DNA of 64,000 nt from Callorhinchus milii (lineage: Eukaryota): positions 42,720,001 through 42,784,000 of the forward strand of contig NW_024704742.1 in assembly GCF_018977255.1 (NCBI RefSeq), given 5' to 3'. The position numbers and the translations under genes were made by a program. Of this stretch, positions 13,291 to 26,030 are shown in pieces (positions within the stretch are counted from its first letter, which is position 1; each line of letters starts with the position of its first letter). The notes beneath the pieces were generated by a model that made no database searches, was not told where the DNA came from, and was given only the letters and a program-made list of their open reading frames with translations.

Positions 13291-13739
13291 CCGTGTTCCC
13301 ACTGACACTCTATTCCTCTAATGTCCAGTAAACCTCAGAAGGACTGAATGACTATAGTGGTATTGCATTCAATAACTACATTCAATACAGCTGCTATTCA
13401 AACAGAATATATAGGTATGCAATAGAAATTAATCGTACATTTCAATAAAACCCCCTCTTTTCTCAGGTGAATAGTCTCTTTGCTTCTTTTCTATTAGTAT
13501 CCACCCCAGTTCAGAATTCTGATCTCCACATAATTTCCTCACATAATAATACTGTATTGCTAAAGAAAATCTGACGGCGGTAGCAGATGATATGAACACG
13601 TGTAACAAAACTTAAATGAGAAAGAGTGAAAAATCTGTAACAAATATCTCTCCAGAACATACCTCTGACTACAACCACAACTTGCACATATTGTGTGTTT
13701 CCTGGATCAGTTGGTAGAACTCTTTCCTCTAAATCAGAC

Positions 13740-14585
13740 AACTAAGGCCCTCCTGCTTGGCTCACGCCAGTGCCTCTGCACCTCAGGCTCTGGCAGTATC
13801 AAACACCATGGCTGCACATTACAATTCACCAAGCCAGTCAGGAACTTAGGTGTCTTGTTCGACTCTCAACTGTCTTTTCTTCCCCACATCCAAGCCATGA
13901 TCCACTCTGCCTTCCCTCACCTCCGTAACATCGTCCGACTCCACCACTACCTCACCCCTCAGGCCACTGAAACTCTTGTTCACGCTTCATCACATCCAGA
14001 CTCAACTATGCAAACTCCCTGCTTGTCGGCCTTCCCAACTCCTCCCTCCACAAGCTGCAGATAATCTAGAACTCTGCAGCCTGTGTCCTCTCCCGCACCA
14101 AACTCCGTGACCCCATCGCCCCCATTCTCGCCCGACTCTATTGGCTCCTTATCCTTCAGAGGATCCAGTTCAAGATCCTGGTCCTCACCTACAAAGCCCT
14201 CCATGGCCTCGCCCCACCCTACCTCTGCGACCTCCTAATCCCCTACCAACCCGCCCGTTCCCTCCACTCAGCCGGCTCCAGCCTGCTCCATGTCTCCCGA
14301 CCCACCCGCCCCACCATTGGCGGGAGAGCCTTCAGGCACTCTGCTCCCAACCTCTGGAATTCCATCACCCAATCACTCCGCCTCGCCCCCTCCTTAGCTC
14401 CTTCAAGTCCCGCTTCAAGACCCTCCTCTTTGACTATGCCATCGGTCAGCCCCCCGCCCCTCCCCTCCCTTCTCCCTCCTTACCCCAGCTCGGGTCTGAA
14501 ATGCTGTACGCTGTCCAGCACCTTGGGACGTCCTCCCGACGTGAAAGGCGCTATACAAATGTAATCTTATTATTGTTGTTGTTGT
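13740..14585 (+). mobile_element. L2 LINE 3' fragment
   Basis: VRNLGVLFDSQLSFLPHI..HLRNI; gggacgtcctcccgacgtg; (GTT)n tail. Confidence 0.95.
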
Positions 14586-14629
14586 GAGTACAAGCTCCGT
14601 GTAAAGATTTTAAACTCACAGGCTGACTT

Positions 14630-14890
14630 ACAGTGCTGGTGGCGCACCGCATTATTGGAGATGCCAACTTTTGGATGAGATGTTAAATTAAGTTCGGTGG
14701 ATATTATAGTTCCTATGGCATTACTTGAAAACAGAAGGGAGTTTCTCCTTGTGCCCTGGATAAAGTTGATCATGTACTTTGTGATTGTTTGTGCCAAATT
14801 GCTGTACTCAAATTAATGTTGTGTTCACCTATAACATACACAATCGTTACACTTTACAGTACCTCCTGTGAACTGCTTTGAGATATTAAG
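14630..14890 (+). mobile_element. Partial old Deu-type SINE
   Basis: ggctgacttacagtgc...ggatgagatgttaaa...ggcattacttgaaaacagaagggagtttctcc. Confidence 0.7.
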
Positions 14891-15093
14891 GAATGGAGCC
14901 ATTTGAAAGTAAGAATGAAAATCTTGAAGTCAATCTTCTGTGTAATAGGAAGCCAACAAAGCCTGGTAAGGATGGGGATGATGAGCTTGCAGATGCTAGG
15001 GCAGGAGGTGTGGAGGTCTGGATAATGGGCTGTAGAGGTCTGGATAATTTGGAACTTGTAGAGGTTTGAGCTAGGAAGTTCACCAAGGACAGG

Positions 15094-15128
<35 letters not shown>

Positions 15129-15432
15129 CCTTGCATTTGATATAGCGCTTTTCACGTCAGGAGGACGTCCCAAAGCGCTTCACAGAACACACTGTAAAGT
15201 GAATTGACTGTATATTTGTGGGCGAACGCGGCAGCCAATTGCGCACAGCAATGTCCCACAAACAGTCGTAGATTGAAAATGACCAATTTAATTATTGTTT
15301 TTGGTTTTGGAGGGATTATTATTAGGCGTGTGGAGTAAGGAAACTTGCCCAAGGTTTCGCCCTGCCTGGAATTGAACTCAGGTCTCTCACTTGCAAAGCG
15401 AGTGCTCTAACCACTGAGCTACAGGACTCCAC
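15094..15432 (-). mobile_element. Full-length young tRNA-Ala-headed Deu-type SINE (SINE2-1_CM-like)
   Basis: Head gtggagtcctgtagctcagtggttagagcactcgctttgcaagtgagag with A/B boxes; Deu core; L2-like 3' end; (TAT)n. Near-identical to 51268-51593. Confidence 0.96.
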
Positions 15433-18052
15433 GATTGGAGGGAGCTGCACTAGTTAAGTATTGTTTGTTTTCACATGCTCACACGCTTAGGTCAGTAAAT
15501 TCATTCCTGAACAGAAGATCACACCTCAATGTCGGGATCAAATGCTTTCTAATCAAGCGCAACATTCCAACTTAAAAGAGGTTTTCCTGGTGCACAAATA
15601 GTAATTTTCCATTACCCACATTGATCATCCTATGGCCTCTTAGACTGAGGGCACCAATGGGGTCTAACACGCAGAATTCACAATCACAATAGCAATTCTT
15701 GCTGCTAAATGGAAGTTCATCCAAGTTGACCCACAATAACTCTGACACAATCTATTTGCAGTTCTGATGTTCCTGCAGTTTGGATGAGTCACTATTAATC
15801 ACTATGAATTATACCCCAATATATACAGAGATCTGGGAGGTTTGTGCTGTTGATGTGTGCATCCACTAGAAATTGTATTAAAGTGGCCACAAACCCATTT
15901 TATCTAAGACTCATATGCACCAGTGAGATTTTTTATTTAATTCTTTGGCCCTTCTTTCAAAGCCAAGTAAAGGTGAGAAGATAATGCACTACTGAACTAC
16001 TGCACCATTAGGTACAAATTCATAATGGCATTTCACATTCTCTAATTTGATGGTAGAGTTAAGATAAATAAAAATGTTCTTCACATGACATAAGTTGGAC
16101 ATCGTTCATAAATCTTTGCCGTAAATGACATATCATTATAGTGCAGAAGCTCCATTCAAGCTATTTTAAAAATGGATTGATGAGCAGCCTGCAACTGCTT
16201 AACTGGCAAACAGGGCAGGGTTGCAATATTTATGAATATTTATCTATAAAGTCAAGGACAAACGTAAATTTAGCTAAAAGTTCTGAGACCTACTGATGTC
16301 TATCATATGTATCATTATTCACAATATTGTTTTCTCTGCTTTGTTTCTGCTGAGTTGTCCACGAATATGCTCCTTTTCTGTTTGTGTTAATACAACAGAG
16401 GCTCCACTACGGCTCTGAGAAGGGGAAAAGAGAAAGGGAAGACTATGACTTTGTTTACAAACAACTTTGAATTCCTTCCTTCAAAAGAGCAGTGTCAGGG
16501 AAGTACAGTCTATTAAGAATTGGTTGGGTTCTTCAAGGCTCAGTGGGCTTTTGACCTTTACACCAATGGATCTACTTTCCACCAATGAAAGTGGTTCAAA
16601 GATTAAATGTGCGGGAGCATAGCAATAAAGCACAAGTGCTATTGAAGAAAAAAAAGAAATTTAGTGATTCACTTTTTGGGTGTATCTGAGACTTGGTGTG
16701 ACAAATTGTCTGTTGCTTTTGCTAGAAATAGTCACTACACTATCAGCAATTACCTGTGAAACATTTTGAGATGCTGTGACATTATAGGCACTAAATCAAA
16801 TGGAGGGATTATTTTTATGAAATAAAAGCAGCTGAGTCATCATTGCAAAGGACTTTAGCTATTCATCCGATGGTTACTCAACATCTGTGTCTGGATCTTG
16901 ACTTATATTATCTTGACTTATATTGCCACATTAAAAATGATGATTCAGACAGAGTTCAGAAAGTGGTAGGAAAAGTGAATGAGGTAAGTGGATCACAGGG
17001 GAATATAATTGGAATATATATAATTCCTGCTGCAGAAAAATGTTAGGTCTCAACTAGTCTAACATAATCACTTTAGGATAACCAGAAGTATTGTTGCACT
17101 CTTGTGCAAAATCCCCATTTAATGTCAGTTTATTTTAACCCATCAGGAGATGTGGCCAAGATTGGACAGAACCAACATTTATTGCCTTCTGTTTAAATGA
17201 CTCCCATGCTTGGAACTTTTCTGTAAAGGCTGTCTTATACCTAAGTGGCTCACTAGGCCATTTCAGTTGGCATTTATGAGTCAACCACATGATGTGGGAT
17301 TGTCACATATAGGCCAGACTGGATATGATAATATTTCCTTGTTTTTTTGCAAATAAATCTGACAGTTCTGTGGGCAAGATGCTGGCTCAATTAACAACTG
17401 CCATTGAAGTTTTGATAGCTACTTCACAGGTGTTTACGGACCATTATTGTGTGCTAATTGTCCGCCAAATTTGTTTTCAAATTTCACAGCTGCTAAACTA
17501 TACTTTACTGTATATCATGTGAAGTGCTTTGAGATGTTCCAGTGAAATGGTTCTATATCAACAGTTCACTACCATCCCATTCATAATTGTGATCCTTTCA
17601 GATCTATTCTGGCCTCAATGTAAGATAGTGCTATGTGGATTTTGATACAAATGACTATGGAAAAATATAAAATATTGTTGCCTACAAAATATACAGAACT
17701 GCAAAGAAACTTTGTGAAGCACTTTGAGACGTTCTTCAATGTTATACATAAATATATATATCTATGTCAAACTCAAGACTTATTACTATTATTATGAGTG
17801 CTAAATTACAATCTATTCTTGCAATTTGTAATTAGATTCTTGACTAGGGTTCCTTGAGGCATTGTTATGCCACTGACTGAGGCATAAAATGTGGAGAGAA
17901 TTCACCCTAGGTTTTCAGATAATGTCTGTATAATGCAAAGAATGCACAACAACTGTGCGGGGTGAATAGGAAAACTTTTCAGTCATAATTTTATATTGCC
18001 TTAGTTTACACATTTACATCAGCAGGGTCAGACTGGGACTTAACAGGGACCC

Positions 18053-18150
18053 GATAATAATAATAATCATAATCCTTACATTTGCTATAGTATCTTTCAT
18101 GTCAGCAGGATATTTCACAGGATATGCTGTAAACTATTGTGAATATATTT
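18053..18150 (-). mobile_element. SINE 3' tail remnant
   Basis: (ATA)n followed by aatccttacatttgctatag. Confidence 0.7.
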
Positions 18151-18189
18151 TGTAGATGAATGGTAGCATCAGGCCTGCAAGGGAGCACT

Positions 18190-18375
18190 GAAGACCCGCC
18201 TACCAGTTGCAGGGTGTCCTGCAGACTAATAACGTCTCTCCTGGCATGAGCAAAGAACAGTGCCTTTGAGGACTTGCACTGGCCCATGATGTAATGTTGG
18301 AGCTCTGCAATATGAGGCCTCTGGACGTGTTAGGAGATTACGGAGTGCTCACCAGTGGCAATGACGGTAACACCT
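18190..18375 (+). mobile_element. PIF/Harbinger transposase N-terminal relic
   Basis: MSKEQCL*GLALAHDVMLELCNM from 18246 and PVAMTVT at 18352-18372 resemble the Harbinger motifs 'SEEQCLRRLR...ELC' and 'LPVAVKVT'. Confidence 0.6.
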
Positions 18376-20289
18376 AACATCCTTTCCGGACGCTACCTGT
18401 AGACATTGTGTTATCCATCAATCATTTATAAATACACATATAACAACAGTAGCAATGCCCTGATTTGAGTTAGACAATGTTTTCTTCTGAGGAGGTCAGA
18501 TGGGATCATCACCACTTGTGTCACCTTGGTTTGTCCTGATTTTAACCTTTATGCAGAAATCAGCACTACAGCTGTATCTATAGCAACAGCATTTGCCATC
18601 AGCAAGCAATGAACATCAATTTTGGTGCCCTAAGAAATTGTTGCAGCATGTAACAGCTCTGAGGCATCATATACGCATATTCCACATGATTCCCCAAAGA
18701 GAAACATCTTTTCTGTTCACCAACAATAATTGTGAGAGTTTGCCTATAAAATACACAGTCACTACATTTTATAGTAATTCCTTGAAGGGCTTTGAGATAT
18801 TCTGCCAATGTGAAAGGCAGTATATCAAATGTAAGAATTATTAATAAAATATTAAATACAACAAATTCTTTGCAATAGACTGCGAGGCTGTGGAGAGGTG
18901 CCTCAAATCCTGAAATTTCCATCCTTACTCTTGGCTGGTGGAACAAACATAATTGGAAGAAATGTAAAATTAGATGCGGAAAAGGCAGAGGAGTGGGACT
19001 AATCGGATTGGTACAATCTGTAAGGATGATAGACCAAATGGCTTTCTTCTGCCTCGAAAGTTTTACAGTGCTTTGAGTGACCCTATTTGTCCTCTGCGAG
19101 GAGGTCATGTGTCATCATGAAACTCTCCTCCTTAGTGCTGATACAAACCCACATCCCCCTCCCCTCAACGCCATGCACTCTCCACCACGTCTTTGCTCCT
19201 CTAAGCAACTGCCGCCACATGGAAGGCTGTGAAAAAGATTTGTACAACTACCTTCCACTTTCAAATAGGATTCAACTCACTGACTGCTGGATTACACACC
19301 CACGGGAGTTTTGCAAGTAATATCTGATAACAATTCAAATCAAGTGTGAAATTGGTGACTTTATACTGGCACCTGAGACCGAAATCGCTCATAGTTTTAG
19401 TCTTATAGCCATTGTGCGATTTAAAATTTTAAGACAGTGGACTTGAGCCTGAGACTGTGAGAAACTACCTGTGAGAAAGGTTATCTGCAAGTTGTTGTCG
19501 TCAATGCCATTTGTGATAGAACATCAGTTACCACAAGAATGCCTCACAGGCCCCCAGTGGTATTGTGCCTCAGCAAATAGTATCCAATGGGCCTTACGCA
19601 TCAGCTGGAAAGCTTGGTGGCAAAAAGAACATCCCCAATTCAGAGAGATGGCATAAAAGGACATTATTATTGAAAATGTCTCCTTGCATTTTTTAAGAGA
19701 GAAAACAGTTGACCCAAACTGACAAGAAGGATGACATTGGGTCTCTTAACTTGAAAAGATCAATGTTCTTTTGTGAACTGCTCCATAAAATGATCACCTT
19801 TCAGTGGGCTCATGACTTTGGAATAGTAAGTGGAAATAGAGGTGATTGTTTCACAACCATATATTTTCGGTCATGTCAAGAGCATTGTAGACTACAAATA
19901 ACAGAATAGGAAGGTATTTCTAATTCACCTTAGGTACCCTTTACAGTCACAAGCCTCGAGACTAATGGCTCATCGCCAAAGTTCATTCCTTAATAATTAC
20001 AAGTGTTCTCTTCTAGAGCAACTGTCTCCTATTCAATTTGTGTAGAATACAGCATTATGGAAGCTGTTTGCGACAGAACAAATTCTCCTCCACTGTGTCA
20101 GTGTCACTAGTTATCTGCTACAGTCTGAGAACATGTTTTATGAATGCTAATACATTTCATAACAAAAATAAAGGAAAAATAGTCATTGATTTGCATGAAA
20201 TATGCTCATTTGTGACCACTTTGAAGGATTTGTAGAGGTTACAAACTGAGTCCCTGAGTATTTGTAGACGTGCATAATCCCAGGTGGGG

Positions 20290-20862
20290 AGAAACCTCAG
20301 ACAAGTTTCCTTACTGAGAGCGAAACCTTGGCAGGGCAAAACCTTGAGCAAATTTCCTTACTCCACATGCCTGATAATAATCCCTCAAGAAGAAAGAAAT
20401 AATGAATTGGTCACTTCAATTCACGACTGTTTGTGGGACACTGCTGTGCGCAATTGGCTGCCGCGTTTTGCCCACAAATATACAGTCAATTCACTTTACA
20501 GTATATTCTGTGAAGCGCTTTGAGACGTCTAGAAGATGTGAAAAGCGCTATATCAAATGCAAGGATTGTTATTACTTATTATTACTCCACATGTTTCTGT
20601 TTACCTAGCAGTAAGTAGGAACCCGGTTGTTAGTCGATTAGTCGATCACTTTCCAAGGGTAATAATTCTGCCAAAAAAACAAAAATTTGGTCACTCAATC
20701 CACGACTGTTTGTGGGACACTGCTGTGTATAATTGGCTGCCACGTTTTGTCCACAAAATACACAGTCAATCCACTTTACAATATATTCTGTGAAGCACTT
20801 TGAGATGTCTTAATGACCCGATGAGGCGCTATATCAAATATAAGGTTGATGATTATTATTAC
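20290..20862 (+). mobile_element. Two tandem 5'-truncated tRNA-Ala-type SINEs (~20290-20585 and ~20686-20862)
   Basis: Deu core and (TAT)n tail occur twice; aaacct..caagtttccttact is duplicated at the 5' junction. Confidence 0.9.
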
Positions 20863-21116
20863 AATATCATACTATCATTTAGGGTATATTTACTTGGCAA
20901 AGATTCATGTAACTTTAATTTATTCAGAATATTTGCCATGTGTTTTATGAGCATTAGAATCTAAATGGAATCCACAATATTCCTGGATCAGCTTGATCAT
21001 AAATTTTGCTTCATCTTTTTAACTTTGCATTGTTACAAAGGATTTTGTACAAATTCGCTTTTCATGTCGAAAAATAATCAGACCACACCTTACACTTTTT
21101 GGTGATTTTGTGTTTT

Positions 21117-21117
21117 C

Positions 21118-21145
<28 letters not shown>
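21117..21145. repeat. (TG)n microsatellite
   Basis: Directly visible. Confidence 0.95.
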
Positions 21146-21153
<8 letters not shown>

Positions 21154-21379
21154 TCATCAAGACGAGGAACTTAGTCCCGGGGTCTGAAACACTTGCTTTG
21201 ATTTTCAGCCAGTGTCAGCATCAAGTACCTTCAGTCATCTCAGTAAAAGCATCTGCACTGCACCAGTTTGAATAATATTTACGCTTCGCACACTGACCGG
21301 CCCACCGATGAGTATCTGAACACAATGTCAATTAGGCCTCAATTTGTATGCAGGTTTGTGCTTTGGGCTCAGAACTCAC

Positions 21380-21427
21380 CAGGAACTGTCCATGCACATT
21401 CTGCATAGGACTCTTACAGCCAGCAGA
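21380..21427 (-). other. Candidate 48-nt internal exon of an unidentified minus-strand gene
   Basis: Minus strand reads gactaac (branch point) tgttttctcttgcag | 48 nt | gtgagt. Open in two frames (SAGCKSPMQNVHGQFL or LLAVRVLCRMCMDSS). Lies in unique, CpG-retaining sequence. Confidence 0.55.
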
Positions 21428-22469
21428 CTGCAAGAGAAAACAGTTAGTCTCCCATCACTCTCAAGCTGGAATTTCCCATCACTCTGGAATTTCACTGTGG
21501 TTCTAAAGGGAGAAAGGGCAATGTGCCTATACATAATGCAACTTATTCCTCCTTTTAAAATGTTATTTTTTGCTTGACAGATTGCAACATCCACCATGTG
21601 CTGGCCTTTCCCTTACCCCTGTGATTACAGGGTCGTTTTGGCCATCATGTGCTAGCAGTATTCAGATCATTATCATGCTGTTAACGCTGAATAACTCCAC
21701 AGGCAGGTGGACACAGGCGTTCTGTACGGTAGCATTAAAATAGCACAGTTGTGCTGATCGCTTCCTCCTGCTTTTGTTATTCTCTTCACACAGTTATTTA
21801 ATTGTAAAAATATTAGTTTTTGTTTTCTTTATCTGGTCTACTGAAGCCGCCGACGGAACTGAATCTTGCACATCAACAGGAAGCGACTGTGAGATTGAAT
21901 TTTTAGAAAGTTGTGAAAGTATGCATTAATAATTACCATCCAAACTGAGGTATTTTGTATAAAAACATCCAATTTTAAATTGGCAATATGGTGCGTGAGA
22001 TAGCATTTTGTTTTCACAATTGAAAAGCTGCCAGTGCAAAGTGCTGATTTGGGTTGCTATTAGTGCTCTGCAGACGACATTCTGAGGTGTAGGACGTACT
22101 GTTTCTATCACTGTTTCTGACATCTACTCAGTTTTATTGCCTTGTATAAGCAATTTTTTTTAAAGCAAACAAATGTTATGTCAAACTATTGAATCTCTCT
22201 TGCCTTTTGGCAATATTTGGGGATTTTAGATATATAATACATTAATGCAGAAATTACACAAGGTGAACTTGTACTTTTAAAGTGAATTATTTTTAGTTCA
22301 AAAATAACTACAGTCTAGTAAACTGTGGTCACAGAAAGGTAATGTTGCAAGGACAAAAAATGTTAAAAGTGTATGCTCATTTGTTTTCTGATCATAAAAA
22401 CACACCAAGTGGTGATACAATTAAGGTGAAATACTCTAACATGGCTCATTATTATTTTGAATATGAGAG

Positions 22470-22830
22470 ATATGTCAATGTTGCTGCAAAGCCTTTCTAA
22501 AGAACATGTTCTCACTCCCATCCTATCTTGCAATCTCCTTGGACTCAATTGCCCAGTCGCTACATCCGCTCAGCAAACACCAGCCTGCTTCACACTACCC
22601 CTGATCTACTCCTCATTTGAGCCATTCTGTCCCTGCTCTCTGGAACTCCATCAAGATTCCCTCTGCCTTGGGCCTGCCTTAAGAAAACAACCTTAAAACT
22701 TATCCTTTCAACTGTGTTTTCAGCCACCTCCCCACACAGCTCGGGCTCTCAATCAGTCGTGTGAAGTGCTTTGAGTCATCCCCCTGATGTGAGAGGAGCA
22801 ATCTAAATGTAAAATGTTATTGTTGTTATG
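22470..22830 (+). mobile_element. Old L2 3' fragment
   Basis: cactcccatcct...ctctggaactccatc...cttatcctttcaactgtg...tgttattgttgtt tail. Confidence 0.75.
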
Positions 22831-23224
22831 TGGTCCTCAGATAGATTATATAGTGTGGCATTTGTTCCCACTAACCAATCTTAATGGTACATTTCTGCTG
22901 TTCCATCACAGGCAATAGACCAACCAATTTAAAGCTTAGTTAAACCTGTGAATAATCTTCTGGAAACAGCATCCTTAAAACCATGATTACTGTTGGAATC
23001 TTGCTGCAGTAACTATCTGAGTTGAAAGAGATGTAATTGAAACTCAAATGGTTATACAAGGCTAGTTCTTTAGCAGGGTTGCTAGGTAAGGAATCGCATG
23101 AGGTCAGAGGAGAGTAGGCATGAAGGTCTATCATTCGAGTCGTGTGAACCATACGTAAATCCTTTGATTGTGTAATGAACATCCATTGAAAATAAATAAG
23201 TGTATCTCTATTTCTTTCCATCTT

Positions 23225-23495
23225 CTGTTGAATCTTCCTGGGATATGGATCCAAGGGGATGTGCAACCCACTGGGTACCTCACCCAAATTGTCATTCACA
23301 CGCCAGTCTGGTGAATTTGGAACATTACTTGTCTGGCCATATTCCTCCTGCCCCAGTACACACACACACACACACACTTTCCAGCAAGGTCAATGTCCGA
23401 TGATCAGGGATGTTGAAGCCATCTTTCTAGTCCTTTCTGTTACACAACCTGAAATCAGCACAGAGTAGAGCTGGGCTTGGGACTTTCAGGCTTGT
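23225..23495 (-). mobile_element. Ancient LF-SINE-like shark SINE with an internal (CA)n
   Basis: gtacctcacccaaattgtcattc...cacactttccagcaaggtca...cctgaaatcagcacag; similar to 59390-59720. Confidence 0.55.
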
Positions 23496-23539
23496 TCATC
23501 AACAATAAAAAAGTAACTACAGTAGCTTTTCAATGCTGA

Positions 23540-23735
23540 TTAGCACATATAGAAGTCTANTTTTTTTAAAAAGGAAATAGATAAATACTTGAAAAACAGG
23601 AATATTAAAGAGTGTTGAGATCGAGCAGGAGAGTGGGATTAGATTAAAGTTGCATGTGAAGAAAAACACCAGCTCAGACTTGATGGGTCAAATAAGTCAA
23701 TTTCTATGCCCTAACATTTTATGATTCTATGATAA
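23540..23735 (+). mobile_element. CR1 3' end
   Basis: ggaaatagataaatacttgaaa...gcaggagagtgggattag...gacttgatgggtcaaat...(ATGATTCT)n tail. Confidence 0.75.
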
Positions 23736-24250
23736 GCGTACATATTCAGTGCATCATATTGTTAAGAGAATGCAGTCAGAAATATGACTTCCTTCTGCCG
23801 GCTCACACCATTTGATTGACCTTATGTTTAACATAAGCGAGTGTTTATTGGAGCAGCTTCAATCAACTGGGATGGAATGTGACTGTGGTACCCAATGGCT
23901 CAGATCAATTTCAATTTTACATCAATAGACAAAATGTGAGTAAACTTGTACTGACTTCATGAACTGTTCCATTCTGGTTTTTCAAGATGGGGTGGAACGT
24001 TTAACTGCCATTGTTGATGTTACTGATAATCCAAAACATAATAATTCATATTTTTTGCATCATAAACATTTAGTATCAATAAATAGCATAACTAAACAAA
24101 TAGCATTATTATTAGCATCAAGAGGAAGGTCATCCGCAAGCAGCTGTTTTGTAAGAACAAAATTCCAGCTTGTGTTGTAGCTCTGATAACCACGTTTGCA
24201 GTAATCTTAGGTTATAAGGTTCAGTGTCACTCAATGGAATAGTTTTACAA

Positions 24251-24575
24251 TGGAGTCCTGTAACTCAGTACTTAGAGCACTTGCCTCACAAGCGAGAGAC
24301 CTGGGTTTGATTCCTGGCAGGGTGAAACTTTGGGCAAGTTTCCTTACTCCACACGCCTGATAATATTCCCTCAAGAAAAATAAAACAATAACAAATTGGT
24401 CACTTCAATCCACGAATGTTTGTGGGACACTGCTGTGCACAATTGGCTGCCGCTTTTCGCCCACAAATATACAGTCAATTCACTTTACAGTATATTCTGT
24501 GAAGCGCTTTGAGACATCTATTGTGAAGTACTTTGAGACGTGAAAAGCGCTATATCAAATACAAGGATTATTATA
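24251..24575 (+). mobile_element. Full-length tRNA-Ala-type SINE (older subfamily)
   Basis: Head, Deu core and tail; small tandem duplication tgtgaag..ctttgagac near the 3' end. Confidence 0.93.
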
Positions 24576-25759
24576 GTTCTTGTGAACGACCACTCTGATA
24601 TGAATCTCCCATGTCACACAGTGAGGCAGCCTTTCAAAGTCAAAATTAATTTCTTTACACAGTATGAGAGAGGCACGCTGACTTTGACTAAAAGTTCAGC
24701 AGCGTGTTTGTCCTTCTCGAATGTACTGCTTCAAAGATGAAGGTCATAACGTCCGTGTTAAAATCTTTCATGTGCGTAACACAGCCTAACATTTTCTGCT
24801 CAATTTGGTTCTACATTTGTGGCATAACTCAAGCAATGTCTTACCTGCTCAGGCTTAGTCTCTTCTTATTTTTGACCATTTAACAACTGCAAACTAGCAG
24901 AAGATGAATGTTACCATTTATGCAGGATGACTAGGCACCAATCTGGCAGCATCTGTTTTGCTGTTTAGAAAAGCACGTAGTATGTTGCTGAGCAAAACCA
25001 ATGTGAAGAGTGACAGGGACAGACAATGTTCTGATTGATTGGTAAGTTGCCCCTTGATGGATGTCGTTTTATGTAACAGCTGGAATAATCTTGTTTATTT
25101 ATCTGCAGTTCCAGCTGATCATTATGGCAAAAATATATTTTATAGATCCGTGTGTTGTTACAGTATGTATACACCTGGTAGGAGACTGGGTTGCCTTCAG
25201 CAAAGGAGAAAAATGAGGAAGGCATGGTATAGTGATGAGACAATTGAAGGTCCATCAGGACCTCTCTGGATCGCAGGCAGGTAAATCCTGCACTGAATTT
25301 GGCAATGGAAGCTGTCCCAATTTAGCATTTAATGGGCACAGATTTATCAATATGCCTTAAAGATTTTACAAATGATGGTTTATCACCGACTGCTTAAATA
25401 ATGCTGAGCAAATCTTCATAAAGTACTACCATAATTATTTGTTCACATAATAATAATATAATAATATCAAACTCTGAATCCTACACAATTGGCATTAAAT
25501 ATTCAAACCATATCTCCAATGAGTAAGAGAAAGGAAGTTACAGTAAAGATTAAGTTTATCTGGACTGAGTTGTTGGAACATACATCATCTCTGAATATTC
25601 ATAAGTATTGGATTTTTTTTATAATTCATTCAATTATGGTCTGAACTGAGAAATCTGTCAATCATGCAAATATACCAATTATGATATTATAAAGTTGCTA
25701 TGATAATTACATTAGTTTTCTGCAAACATTTATTTTGTTATTTTCCTCCTTAAAAGAAT

Positions 25760-26030
25760 AATTATTATAATGATCCTTGAATTTATATAAGATGTCTCAA
25801 AGTGCTTCACAGAAATTACTGTACTATGTTTTGTAGACTATTCTGGAGTGAATTTTCACATACCAATGTCCCACAAACAACCAAGAAGTGAATGACCAAT
25901 TTTATCTTGTCAATCAGGACACTGAATAGTGCTAATGGAATCTTTAACATCCACCTGAACAGACAGATGGAGCCTTGGTTTAATGCCTCATCCAACAAAA
26001 AGCACCTCTTAAAATGCAACGCAACAAAAA
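25760..26030 (-). mobile_element. Partial SacSINE1-like SINE
   Basis: caatgtcccacaaacaacc...gaatagtgctaatggaatctttaacatccacctgaacag. Confidence 0.8.

Noticed and set aside
19471..19656. ORF ending KAWWQKEHPQFREMA, reminiscent of the hAT dimerisation motif
   Set aside because: The downstream IPAxS..ERxFS motif is absent, so the similarity is too weak.
21155..21200. Hammerhead-like gacgaggaacttagtccc...gaaac
   Set aside because: The CUGA core is missing and the spacing is wrong.
24845..24886. 42-nt minus-strand segment bounded by tttgcag and gtaag
   Set aside because: It has stop codons in all three frames and a weak pyrimidine tract, so at most a poison or non-coding exon; no support.
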